Shown: one piece after another, positions 55,960 to 64,000 of the stretch | Layout: every line of letters starts with the position of its first letter | Numbering within the stretch: position 1 is the first letter of the stretch | Assembly: GCA_017409875.1 (NCBI GenBank) | Contig: JAFQRW010000006.1 | Location: 49,717 to 113,716 of the forward strand | Source of the DNA: Clostridia bacterium | GTDB lineage: Bacteria; Bacillota; Clostridia; RGIG6154 | Length of the DNA: 64,000 nucleotides | Direction of reading: 5' to 3' | The notes under the pieces: model-generated | Told to the model about the DNA's origin: nothing | Seen by the model: the letters and a program-made list of their open reading frames with translations, nothing else | Databases searched by the model: none | Program-made: the position numbers and the translations under genes

Positions 55960-56583
55960 ATGCCTAACGTGGCTTTATATAACATAGATGGTAAAGAAAT
56001 TGGTACTATCGAGTTAAACGAAAGCTTGTTTGCTGCTGAAGTAAACGGTGCTGTTTTGCACGAAGTTGTTAAAAATTATCTTGCTAACCAGAGACAGGGT
56101 ACTCAGAGCACAAAAACAAGAGCAGAAGTTAGAGGCGGCGGCATTAAGCCTTGGCGCCAGAAGGGAACAGGCAGAGCAAGACAGGGCTCTATCCGTTCAC
56201 CTCAGTGGATTCACGGCGGTATCGCTTTAGGTCCAAAACCAAGAGATTACAGATATTCAATTAACAAGAAGATGAAACTTGTTGCTTTAAAATCTGCTTT
56301 ATCTTCAAAGGTTGCTGACAGTAAGATTTTTGTTATCGATACATTAGCACTTGATGAAATTAAAACAAAGAAAGTTGTTAACCTCCTTGGAAACGTTGGA
56401 GCTACTAAAGCACTTATCGTTACAAGCGAAGTTAATGAAAATGTATACAAATCAGCAAGAAACATCGAAGGTGTGAAAGCATCTTACGTTGGTGAGCTCA
56501 ATGTTTACGAACTTTTGAAATATGACAGCCTTGTTATTTCACAGGACGCTGTTAAGAAATTAGAGGAGGTGTATGCTATATGA
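55960..56583 (+). CDS. rplD: 50S ribosomal protein L4
   Basis: [32 protein letters not shown]. Confidence 0.98.
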   Translation: MPNVALYNIDGKEIGTIELNESLFAAEVNGAVLHEVVKNYLANQRQGTQSTKTRAEVRGGGIKPWRQKGTGRARQGSIRSPQWIHGGIALGPKPRDYRYSINKKMKLVALKSALSSKVADSKIFVIDTLALDEIKTKKVVNLLGNVGATKALIVTSEVNENVYKSARNIEGVKASYVGELNVYELLKYDSLVISQDAVKKLEEVYAI

Positions 56584-56870
56584 TGTATCATGATATTTTA
56601 AGAAGACCTATCATATCAGAAAACTCAATGGAAGATATAGCAAACAAAAAGTACACCTTTGAGGTTGCTGCTACTGCAACAAAAGTAGATATTAAAATCG
56701 CTGTTGAACAGGTTTTTAAAGTACAGGTTGCAAAAGTTAACACCATGAACTACTTGGGCAAAACCAAGAGAATGGGTGTTCATGTTGGTAAAAGACATGA
56801 CTGGAAAAAAGCAATTGTTACTTTGAAACCCGAAAGCAAAGCAATTGAATTTTTTGACGGAATGGCTTAA
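56580..56870 (+). CDS. rplW: 50S ribosomal protein L23
   Basis: [19 protein letters not shown]. Confidence 0.97.
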   Translation: MMYHDILRRPIISENSMEDIANKKYTFEVAATATKVDIKIAVEQVFKVQVAKVNTMNYLGKTKRMGVHVGKRHDWKKAIVTLKPESKAIEFFDGMA

Positions 56871-56903
56871 TTGAATGAATTGAAATGAAGGAGTTGAAAT
56901 TAA

Positions 56904-57737
56904 ATGGCTATAAAAAAATATAACCCGACTACTCCGGCAAGAAGAAATATGACCGTTTCAACATTTGAGGAAATCACCAAAAAGTCTCCTGAAAGAAATT
57001 TGGTTGAAACAATCAAAGAAAAAGCCGGAAGAAACTCATACGGTAGAATCACTGTTCGTCACAGAGGCGGCGGTGTAAAAAGAAAGTACAGAATCATTGA
57101 CTTTAAGAGAAATAAAGACGGTATCGAAGCTAACGTTATCGCAATCGAGTACGATCCAAACAGAAGCGCTAACATCGCACTTTTGGAATATGCTGATGGC
57201 GAAAGAACATACATCATTGCTCCTCTTAATCTTAAGGTTGGCGATAAAGTTATTTCAGGCGAAGGCGCTGACATTAAGCCCGGTAACGCATTGTTCATTA
57301 AAGATATCCCTGTTGGTACTTTAATCCACAATATCGAGCTTATGCCAGGCAGAGGTGCTCAGATGGTTAGATCTGCCGGTAACTCTGCACAGCTTATGGC
57401 TAAAGAAGGTGCTTACGCTCAGGTTAGACTTCCATCAGGTGAAGTTAGAATGGTAAGCGTTAAGTGTAAGGCTACAATCGGTGAAGTTGGTAATCAGGAT
57501 CACGAAAACATTTCTATCGGTAAAGCTGGTAGAAAAAGACATATGGGATTTAGACCTACAGTCCGTGGTGTTGTTATGAACCCGAACGACCATCCGCACG
57601 GTGGTGGTGAAGGTAAATCACCTATCGGCCGTCCGAGTCCTGTTACTCCTTGGGGTAAACCTGCACTCGGTCTTAAGACAAGAAAGAAAAACAAGAAATC
57701 AGATATGTTTATTGTTAGAAGACGTAACGGTAAATAA
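56904..57737 (+). CDS. rplB: 50S ribosomal protein L2
   Basis: [26 protein letters not shown]. Confidence 0.98.
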   Translation: MAIKKYNPTTPARRNMTVSTFEEITKKSPERNLVETIKEKAGRNSYGRITVRHRGGGVKRKYRIIDFKRNKDGIEANVIAIEYDPNRSANIALLEYADGERTYIIAPLNLKVGDKVISGEGADIKPGNALFIKDIPVGTLIHNIELMPGRGAQMVRSAGNSAQLMAKEGAYAQVRLPSGEVRMVSVKCKATIGEVGNQDHENISIGKAGRKRHMGFRPTVRGVVMNPNDHPHGGGEGKSPIGRPSPVTPWGKPALGLKTRKKNKKSDMFIVRRRNGK

Positions 57738-57761
57738 TATCATAGGATATGGAGGTATAAC

Positions 57762-58040
57762 ATGGGTAGATCAGTTAAAAAAGGCCCTTTCGTGAACGAA
57801 AAGCTCCTGAAAAGAATTGTTGAAATGAACGAAGCAGGCGAAAAAAGAGTTTTAAAGACATGGTCAAGAAGCTCAACAATCTTCCCTGATATGATTGGTC
57901 ATACAATCGCAGTTCATGACGGAAGAAAGCATGTTCCGGTATATATCACTGAGGACATGGTTGGTCATAAATTAGGTGAATTTGCTCCCACAAGAACTTA
58001 TAAGGGACATGCTGGAGCAAAAACATCTGGAGTTAAATAA
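57762..58040 (+). CDS. rpsS: 30S ribosomal protein S19
   Basis: [22 protein letters not shown]. Confidence 0.98.
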   Translation: MGRSVKKGPFVNEKLLKRIVEMNEAGEKRVLKTWSRSSTIFPDMIGHTIAVHDGRKHVPVYITEDMVGHKLGEFAPTRTYKGHAGAKTSGVK

Positions 58041-58069
58041 TTTAGTAACGTAAGAGAGGAGGGCATAAC

Positions 58070-58405
58070 ATGGAAGCAAGAGCAGTCCTTCGTTATGCAC
58101 GTATTTCACCCCGTAAAGTGAAAATCGTGATTGATTTAATCAGGAATAAGTCTGTTGCTGAAGCTATTGGTATTATCAATAATACACCAAAAGCTGCATC
58201 AGAATATCTTATAAAGCTGTTAAATTCAGCTATTGCAAACGCAACTAACAACCATAATATGGATGCCGAAAAGTTGTATGTTGCAGAAGTATACGCAAAC
58301 CCGGGCCCTATTTTGAAGAGAATTATGCCAAGAGCTCAGGGAAGAGCGTTCAGAATCAGAAAAAGAACTAGTCATATTACAATTGTTCTTAAAGAAAGAC
58401 AATAA
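58070..58405 (+). CDS. rplV: 50S ribosomal protein L22
   Basis: RISPRK, PRAQGRA, KRTSHIT. Confidence 0.98.
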   Translation: MEARAVLRYARISPRKVKIVIDLIRNKSVAEAIGIINNTPKAASEYLIKLLNSAIANATNNHNMDAEKLYVAEVYANPGPILKRIMPRAQGRAFRIRKRTSHITIVLKERQ

Positions 58406-58425
58406 TCTTGTAAGGAGGTAATACA

Positions 58426-59085
58426 ATGGGTCAGAAGGTACATCCACACGGACTCAGAGTCGGCGTTATCAAAGATTGGGACTCCAAATGGTACGCAGAT
58501 TCAAAAAACTTCGGTGATAGCTTAGTCGAAGATTATAATGTGAGAGAATATCTTAAAAAGACTCACTTTGATGCCGGTGTTGCAAAGATCGAGATTGAAA
58601 AGCCATCAAACAGACTTAAAATCAACATCTATGCTGCTAAACCTGCGTTTATTATCGGCAAAAAAGGTGAAGGTATAGAAAAGACAAAGCAGGCAATCGT
58701 TAAAATGACAGGCAAAAGTGTTTCAATTAACATTATTGAAATCAAACAGCCTGACATGTGTGCACAGCTTGTTGCTGAAAACATCGCTGCACAGCTCGTA
58801 AAACGTGTTTCTTTCAGACGGGCTATGAAGCAGGCTATGGGAAGAACAACAAAAGCAGGTGCTATGGGTATTAAGGCTGCTTGCTCAGGTCGTTTAGGAG
58901 GCGCTGAAATCGCTCGTACAGAGCAGTATCATGAAGGTACAATTCCGCTTCAGACAATCAGAGCAGACATTGACTACGGTTTTGCAGAAGCTGATACAAC
59001 ATTCGGTAAAATCGGTGTTAAAGTTTGGATTTATAAAGGCGAAGTTCTTCCTGGAACTGGTAAGAAGAAGGGAGAGAATAAATAA
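58426..59085 (+). CDS. rpsC: 30S ribosomal protein S3
   Basis: [32 protein letters not shown]. Confidence 0.98.
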   Translation: MGQKVHPHGLRVGVIKDWDSKWYADSKNFGDSLVEDYNVREYLKKTHFDAGVAKIEIEKPSNRLKINIYAAKPAFIIGKKGEGIEKTKQAIVKMTGKSVSINIIEIKQPDMCAQLVAENIAAQLVKRVSFRRAMKQAMGRTTKAGAMGIKAACSGRLGGAEIARTEQYHEGTIPLQTIRADIDYGFAEADTTFGKIGVKVWIYKGEVLPGTGKKKGENK

Positions 59086-59525
59086 TGTTATTGCCTAAAA
59101 GAGTTAAATACAGAAGAGTTATGAGAGGTCGTATGACCGGTAAAGCTACTAGAGGTAACAAAGTAAGCTACGGTGAATATGGTATTCAGGCTGTAGAGCC
59201 CGGCTGGATTAAGAGTAACCAGATCGAAGCTGCCCGTATCGCTATGACAAGATACACAAAAAGAGGCGGTAAAGTTTGGATTAAGATTTTCCCGGATAAG
59301 CCTGTTACAGAAAAACCGGCTGAAACACGTATGGGTAGCGGTAAAGGTTCTCCTGAGTACTGGGTTGCAGTTGTTAAACCAGGCAGAGTAATGTTCGAAA
59401 TCGGCGGTGTTTCCGAGGACATTGCAAGAGAAGCTCTCCGTCTTGCTATTCACAAGTTGCCTATCAAATGTAAAATAGTTACTAAGGCTGATACAGAAAC
59501 GGAAGGTGAAGCTAATGAAGGTTAA
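59085..59525 (+). CDS. rplP: 50S ribosomal protein L16
   Basis: [17 protein letters not shown]. Confidence 0.98.
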   Translation: MLLPKRVKYRRVMRGRMTGKATRGNKVSYGEYGIQAVEPGWIKSNQIEAARIAMTRYTKRGGKVWIKIFPDKPVTEKPAETRMGSGKGSPEYWVAVVKPGRVMFEIGGVSEDIAREALRLAIHKLPIKCKIVTKADTETEGEANEG

Positions 59526-59715
59526 TGAAATAAGAGATTTATCTTATGAAGAATTAGCGCAGAAGCTTGTTGACCTCAAAGCTGAACTTTTTAATTTAAG
59601 ATTTCAGCACGCTACAAGTCAGTTGGATAACCCCATGCAGCTTGTTGAGGTTAAGAAGTCAATCGCTAGAGTTAAAACTGTTATGAGAGAAATAGAGCTC
59701 AAAGAAGCTCAGTAA
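59515..59715 (+). CDS. rpmC: 50S ribosomal protein L29
   Basis: [17 protein letters not shown]. Confidence 0.97.
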   Translation: MKVNEIRDLSYEELAQKLVDLKAELFNLRFQHATSQLDNPMQLVEVKKSIARVKTVMREIELKEAQ

Positions 59716-59750
59716 TATTCCTTGTTATATATGGGAAAGGAGGAGCCGAC

Positions 59751-60008
59751 TTGTCAGAACGCGGATACAGAAAGACAAGAGTTGGAAAGGTTGTTAGCAA
59801 TAAGATGGATAAAACAATCGTTGTTGCCATCGTTGATAGTGTTAAACATCCTTTATACGGAAAAATCGTTAAAAAAACCTACAAATTAAAAGCACATGAC
59901 GAGCAGAACGTTTGCTCAGTGGGCGATAGAGTTAAGGTTATGGAAACAAGACCTCTTTCAAAGGATAAGAGATGGCGTCTTGTAGAAATCGTAGAAAAAG
60001 CTCAGTAA
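59751..60008 (+). CDS. rpsQ: 30S ribosomal protein S17
   Basis: [22 protein letters not shown]. Confidence 0.98.
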   Translation: MSERGYRKTRVGKVVSNKMDKTIVVAIVDSVKHPLYGKIVKKTYKLKAHDEQNVCSVGDRVKVMETRPLSKDKRWRLVEIVEKAQ

Positions 60009-60035
60009 TATTTAGAGCAGAAAGGAGATTTTGCC

Positions 60036-60404
60036 ATGGTACAGCAACAGACATTGTTGAAGGTAGCAGACAACACCGGTGCAAAAGAACTTATGTGCAT
60101 TCGTGTGCTCGGCGGTACAAGAAGACGTTATGCCAACGTTGGCGACGTTGTTGTTGCTTCTGTTAAGAAAGCAACACCGGGCGGAGTTGTTAAAAAAGGC
60201 GAAGTAGTTAAAGCTGTTATTGTTAGAACTGTTAAAGGCTTGAAAAGAGCTGACGGTTCATATATAAAGTTTGATGAAAATGCAGCAGTTATTATCAGAG
60301 AAGATAAAAACCCCAGAGGTACTCGTATCTTTGGACCTGTTGCAAGAGAATTGAGAGATAAAGAATATATGAAAATATTATCTTTAGCTCCCGAAGTATT
60401 ATAA
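60036..60404 (+). CDS. rplN: 50S ribosomal protein L14
   Basis: [27 protein letters not shown]. Confidence 0.98.
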   Translation: MVQQQTLLKVADNTGAKELMCIRVLGGTRRRYANVGDVVVASVKKATPGGVVKKGEVVKAVIVRTVKGLKRADGSYIKFDENAAVIIREDKNPRGTRIFGPVARELRDKEYMKILSLAPEVL

Positions 60405-60419
60405 TAAGGAGGTACAACC

Positions 60420-60743
60420 ATGAGTAAAATGCATATTAAAAAAGGTGATACAGTAGTTGTACTTTCCGGTAAAGACAAAGGCAAAAAAGGTAAAGTACTT
60501 GCTGTATTTCCAAAGACTTCTAAAGCTATTGTTGAGGGTGTTAATGTTGCTTCTAAGCATCAGAAACCAAGAAGACAGGGCGAAGAAGGCGGAATTATCA
60601 AGCAGGAAATCGCAATTAATGCTTGCAAATTGATGCATGTTTGCAGTAAATGCAACGAAGCTACAAGAATCGGCCGTAAGGTGTTAGATGATGGTTCTAT
60701 CGTTCGTTATTGCAAAAAGTGTAATGAATTATTTGCAGATTAA
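60420..60743 (+). CDS. rplX: 50S ribosomal protein L24
   Basis: IKKGDTVVVLSGKDKGK, VEGVN. Confidence 0.98.
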   Translation: MSKMHIKKGDTVVVLSGKDKGKKGKVLAVFPKTSKAIVEGVNVASKHQKPRRQGEEGGIIKQEIAINACKLMHVCSKCNEATRIGRKVLDDGSIVRYCKKCNELFAD

Positions 60744-60765
60744 TTAAAGGAAGGAGGAATTTTAA

Positions 60766-61308
60766 ATGACCCGACTTTACGAAAAGTATGTTAATGAAGT
60801 TGCACCTGCTCTTATGAGCAAGTTTGGTTATAAAAGCCCCATGCAGATTCCGAAGATTGAAAAAATCGTTATTAACATGGGTGTTGCAGAAGCAAAAGAA
60901 AATGCTAAAGCATTAGAAGCTGCTGCAAACGACTTGGCTATCATTACAGGTCAGAAACCTCTCATCACTAAAGCTAGAAAATCAGTTGCTAACTTTAAAA
61001 TCAGAGAGGGTATGAACCTTGGCTGCAAGGTTACTTTAAGAAAAGACAAAATGTACGAATTTATGGACAGATTGTTCAATATCGCGCTTCCGCGTGTTAG
61101 AGACTTCAGAGGTATTAATCCCGATTCCTTTGATGGAAGAGGAAATTATGCTTTCGGTCTTAAAGAACAGTTGATTTTCCCTGAAATTGAGTACGATAAA
61201 ATTGATAAAATCAGAGGTATGGACATTATCTTTGTTACTACCGCTAAAACTGATGAAGAAGCTAGAGAGCTGCTCACTCTTATGGGTGCTCCGTATTCAC
61301 ATAATTAA
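60766..61308 (+). CDS. rplE: 50S ribosomal protein L5
   Basis: [23 protein letters not shown]. Confidence 0.98.
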   Translation: MTRLYEKYVNEVAPALMSKFGYKSPMQIPKIEKIVINMGVAEAKENAKALEAAANDLAIITGQKPLITKARKSVANFKIREGMNLGCKVTLRKDKMYEFMDRLFNIALPRVRDFRGINPDSFDGRGNYAFGLKEQLIFPEIEYDKIDKIRGMDIIFVTTAKTDEEARELLTLMGAPYSHN

Positions 61309-61322
61309 GGAGGTAACTTATC

Positions 61323-61508
61323 TTGGCTAAAAAAGCAATGATTATAAAACAGCAGAGAACTCCTAAGTATGCAACAAGAGCTTACACAAGATGTAAGATC
61401 TGCGGAAGACCGCATGCTTATTTAAGAAAATTCGGTATTTGCCGTATTTGCTTCAGAGAATTAGCGTACAAAGGTCAGATTCCTGGTGTTAAAAAAGCAA
61501 GTTGGTAA
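61323..61508 (+). CDS. rpsN: 30S ribosomal protein S14 type Z (zinc-binding)
   Basis: RCKICGRP...CRICFRE. Confidence 0.97.
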   Translation: MAKKAMIIKQQRTPKYATRAYTRCKICGRPHAYLRKFGICRICFRELAYKGQIPGVKKASW

Positions 61509-61563
61509 GATTTATTCTTACTATGTAGTTATGTTTTAAGTATTATGGAAGGAGGCAACATAT

Positions 61564-61962
61564 ATGCATATTACAGATCCTATCGCAGATATGCTTACTC
61601 GTATCAGAAACGCAAATGACGCAAAGCACGAAACAGTTGATGTTCCTTGCTCAAATATGAAAAAAGCTATTGCTGACATTTTGCTTGAAGAAGGATATAT
61701 TAAGAATTATCAAATAATTGACGATAATAAACAGGGTATTATCAGAATTACTCTTAAGTATGCTGCTAACAAGAGAAAAGTTATTTCAGGTCTTAAGAGA
61801 ATTTCAAAACCCGGTCTCAGAATTTACGCATCCAAGGAAGATCTTCCAAGGGTGTTAAGAGGTTTAGGTATTGCTATCATCTCTACTTCTAAAGGTATTA
61901 TGACCGATAAGAAGGCTAGACAGAACAATGTTGGTGGCGAGGTTTTAGCGTACATCTGGTAA
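61564..61962 (+). CDS. rpsH: 30S ribosomal protein S8
   Basis: [24 protein letters not shown]. Confidence 0.98.
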   Translation: MHITDPIADMLTRIRNANDAKHETVDVPCSNMKKAIADILLEEGYIKNYQIIDDNKQGIIRITLKYAANKRKVISGLKRISKPGLRIYASKEDLPRVLRGLGIAIISTSKGIMTDKKARQNNVGGEVLAYIW

Positions 61963-62004
61963 TCGCAGATTCCAGATTAGCACAAAGTTAAGGAGGTGTA
62001 TACG

Positions 62005-62547
62005 ATGTCCAGAATAGGAAGAATGCCAATCGAGGTACCACAGGGCGTCGAAGTAAAACTTGGTGCGGGTAATGAAATTACAGTTAAAGGTCCTAAAGCT
62101 ACTCTTTCAAGAGTATTGCATCCCGAGATGTTAATTACTGTTGAAAACGGCCTTATTACTGTTACAAGACCTTCGGAGAATAAGACACACAAGTCACTCC
62201 ACGGACTTACCCGTACTTTGATAAATAATATGATTATCGGTGTAACAGAAGGTTACACAAAGACTCTTGAAATTAACGGCGTAGGTTACAGAGCTCAGAA
62301 ACAGGGAAATAAACTTGTTATGAACTTAGGTTATTCACACAACGTTGAAATGGAAGAACCTGAGGGTGTAAAAGTTGAAGTTCCTAACCCTAACCAGATT
62401 ATCGTTTCAGGTAGCGATAAACAGGCTGTTGGCCAGTTTGCTGCTGTGGTTAGAGAAAAGAGACCGCCTGAACCGTATAAAGGCAAGGGTATCAAATACG
62501 CTGATGAAGTTATCAGACGTAAAGAAGGTAAGACAGGTAAGAAATAA
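62005..62547 (+). CDS. rplF: 50S ribosomal protein L6
   Basis: [20 protein letters not shown]. Confidence 0.98.
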   Translation: MSRIGRMPIEVPQGVEVKLGAGNEITVKGPKATLSRVLHPEMLITVENGLITVTRPSENKTHKSLHGLTRTLINNMIIGVTEGYTKTLEINGVGYRAQKQGNKLVMNLGYSHNVEMEEPEGVKVEVPNPNQIIVSGSDKQAVGQFAAVVREKRPPEPYKGKGIKYADEVIRRKEGKTGKK

Positions 62548-62581
62548 TGCTGCCTGACACTTTAGAAAGGAGTGGAGAGTT

Positions 62582-62941
62582 TTGATTAACAAAACTGCAA
62601 GTAACGTTGCAAGAGTTGCAAGACACGCTAGAGTTAGAAAACATATCTCAGGAACACCTGAAAGACCACGTCTTTGTGTTTTCAGAAGCTCTAAGAATAT
62701 ATACGCTCAGATTATCGACGATGTTAACGGCAACACTTTAGTTTCAGCTTCTTCTTTAGAAGCAGGCTTCGAAGGTGTTGGTTCTAACAAAGAAGCTGCA
62801 AAAACAGTTGGTAATATGGTAGCAAAAAAAGCACTGGATAAGGGTATCAAGAATGTTGTATTTGACAGAGGCGGATATGTTTATCACGGTAGAGTAAAAG
62901 AATTAGCAGAGGGTGCCAGAGAGGGCGGCCTGGAATTCTAA
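62582..62941 (+). CDS. rplR: 50S ribosomal protein L18
   Basis: [21 protein letters not shown]. Confidence 0.98.
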   Translation: MINKTASNVARVARHARVRKHISGTPERPRLCVFRSSKNIYAQIIDDVNGNTLVSASSLEAGFEGVGSNKEAAKTVGNMVAKKALDKGIKNVVFDRGGYVYHGRVKELAEGAREGGLEF

Positions 62942-62956
62942 TTTAGGAGGTAAACT

Positions 62957-63457
62957 ATGGCAGAGTTAAACACAAACGGTGTTGAATTAAAAGAAACCGT
63001 TGTTAATATCAACCGTGTTGCCAAGGTTGTAAAAGGTGGTAGAACCTTTAGATTTAGTGCTTTGGTAGTAGTAGGCGACGAAAACGGCCATGTAGGTTGC
63101 GGAATGGGCAAAGCTGCTGAAATTCCGGAAGCTGTTAGAAAGGCTATTGAAGACGCTAAGAAAAACATGGTTTATGTTCCAAGAGTAGGAACAACAATTC
63201 CGCACGAAATCATCGGCGAATTCGGTGCAGGCAGAGTATTACTTAAACCTGCTGCTCCCGGTACCGGTGTTATCGCAGGCGGTCCTACCAGAGCGGTACT
63301 TGAACTTGCTGGTATCAGAGATATCAGAACAAAGTCATTGCGTTCAAACAATCCTAAGAACATGGTAGGTGCAACAATCGCAGGACTCGCTAATCTTAAA
63401 GAAGCAAAAGATGTAGCTGAACTTCGCGGTAAAACAGTAGAAGAATTATTAGGTTAA
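62957..63457 (+). CDS. rpsE: 30S ribosomal protein S5
   Basis: [19 protein letters not shown]. Confidence 0.98.
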   Translation: MAELNTNGVELKETVVNINRVAKVVKGGRTFRFSALVVVGDENGHVGCGMGKAAEIPEAVRKAIEDAKKNMVYVPRVGTTIPHEIIGEFGAGRVLLKPAAPGTGVIAGGPTRAVLELAGIRDIRTKSLRSNNPKNMVGATIAGLANLKEAKDVAELRGKTVEELLG

Positions 63458-63470
63458 GGAGGAGATTTTA

Positions 63471-63650
63471 ATGGCAACCATCAAAGTTACATTACAAAAG
63501 AGTCTTATTGGCAGAAAAAAAGACCAGATTGCCACTGCTCACGCTTTAGGTCTTAAAAAGATCAGACAGACAGTTGAGCATGAAGCAACTCCTCAGATTT
63601 TAGGCATGGTTAATAAAGTTTCACACCTTGTCAGCGTAGAGGAAAATTAA
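63471..63650 (+). CDS. rpmD: 50S ribosomal protein L30 (59 aa, not in ORF track)
   Basis: [37 protein letters not shown]...[10 protein letters not shown]; GGAGG RBS; position after rpsE. Confidence 0.96.
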   Translation: MATIKVTLQKSLIGRKKDQIATAHALGLKKIRQTVEHEATPQILGMVNKVSHLVSVEEN

Positions 63651-63672
63651 ATTTTTAAGGAGGTGCACTAAT

Positions 63673-64000
63673 ATGAAGCTTAGTGAATTATCACCAGCTC
63701 CAGGTTCTGTTAGAGAACACTACAGAAAAGGAAGAGGTCATGCTTCAGGTAATGGCAAGCAGGCAGGTCGCGGTCATAAAGGTCAGAACGCACGTTCTGG
63801 CGGTGGTGTAAGACCAGGATTTGAAGGCGGACAGATGCCATTATACAGAAGATTACCAAAGAGAGGCTTCACAAATGTTTTTGCTAAAAAATATGTAGAA
63901 GTAAATCTCTCATCTCTTAATGCATTTGAAGAAGGTTCAGTAGTTACTGCTGAATTATTAAAGAATATGGGAATTATCAGTAAAGTATGCGATGGCATTG
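63673..64000 (+). CDS. rplO: 50S ribosomal protein L15, 3' truncated by window
   Basis: [12 protein letters not shown]...[23 protein letters not shown]...[17 protein letters not shown]. Confidence 0.97.
   Translation, partial: MKLSELSPAPGSVREHYRKGRGHASGNGKQAGRGHKGQNARSGGGVRPGFEGGQMPLYRRLPKRGFTNVFAKKYVEVNLSSLNAFEEGSVVTAELLKNMGIISKVCDGI

Overview
Chromosomal window of a low-GC Clostridia-type Bacillota bacterium (taxonomy inferred from gene content only). In order: (1) the end of a dcw cluster (PBP PASTA tail, murE, murF, mraY, ftsW, murA, ftsQ; no murD/murG/ftsZ), a collapsed HAD-hydrolase remnant, an FMN riboswitch with ribU, then HlyIII, VanZ, FHA and LysM/G5/M23 genes. (2) A ~22.5 kb same-strand accessory locus (11.7-34.2 kb): PqqD/RRE, soluble S24/S26 peptidase, ABC exporter, secreted protein, an uncalled 53-aa YxxPxL-leader peptide ending in Ser, an HPr-kinase-like P-loop kinase, an SLH protein, an orphan Wzz, a 4636-aa SLH-anchored repeat protein with a cohesin-like insert and a long helical C-terminus, and another SLH protein. 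This looks like a cyclase-less RiPP-like peptide pathway embedded in a cell-surface locus and is the best candidate for an undescribed system. (3) secD-secF, then a ~600-nt OLE RNA with its own promoter and oapA-dxs-tlyA-nadK-argR-recN-rseC. (4) An ABC exporter pair, S8 protease, amidase, SLOG and XRE genes, tRNA-Lys(CTT) with a small AT-rich islet and an internally deleted M20 peptidase remnant. (5) The S10-spc ribosomal protein operon from rpsJ to partial rplO. All calls come from reading motifs by eye; no searches were run.
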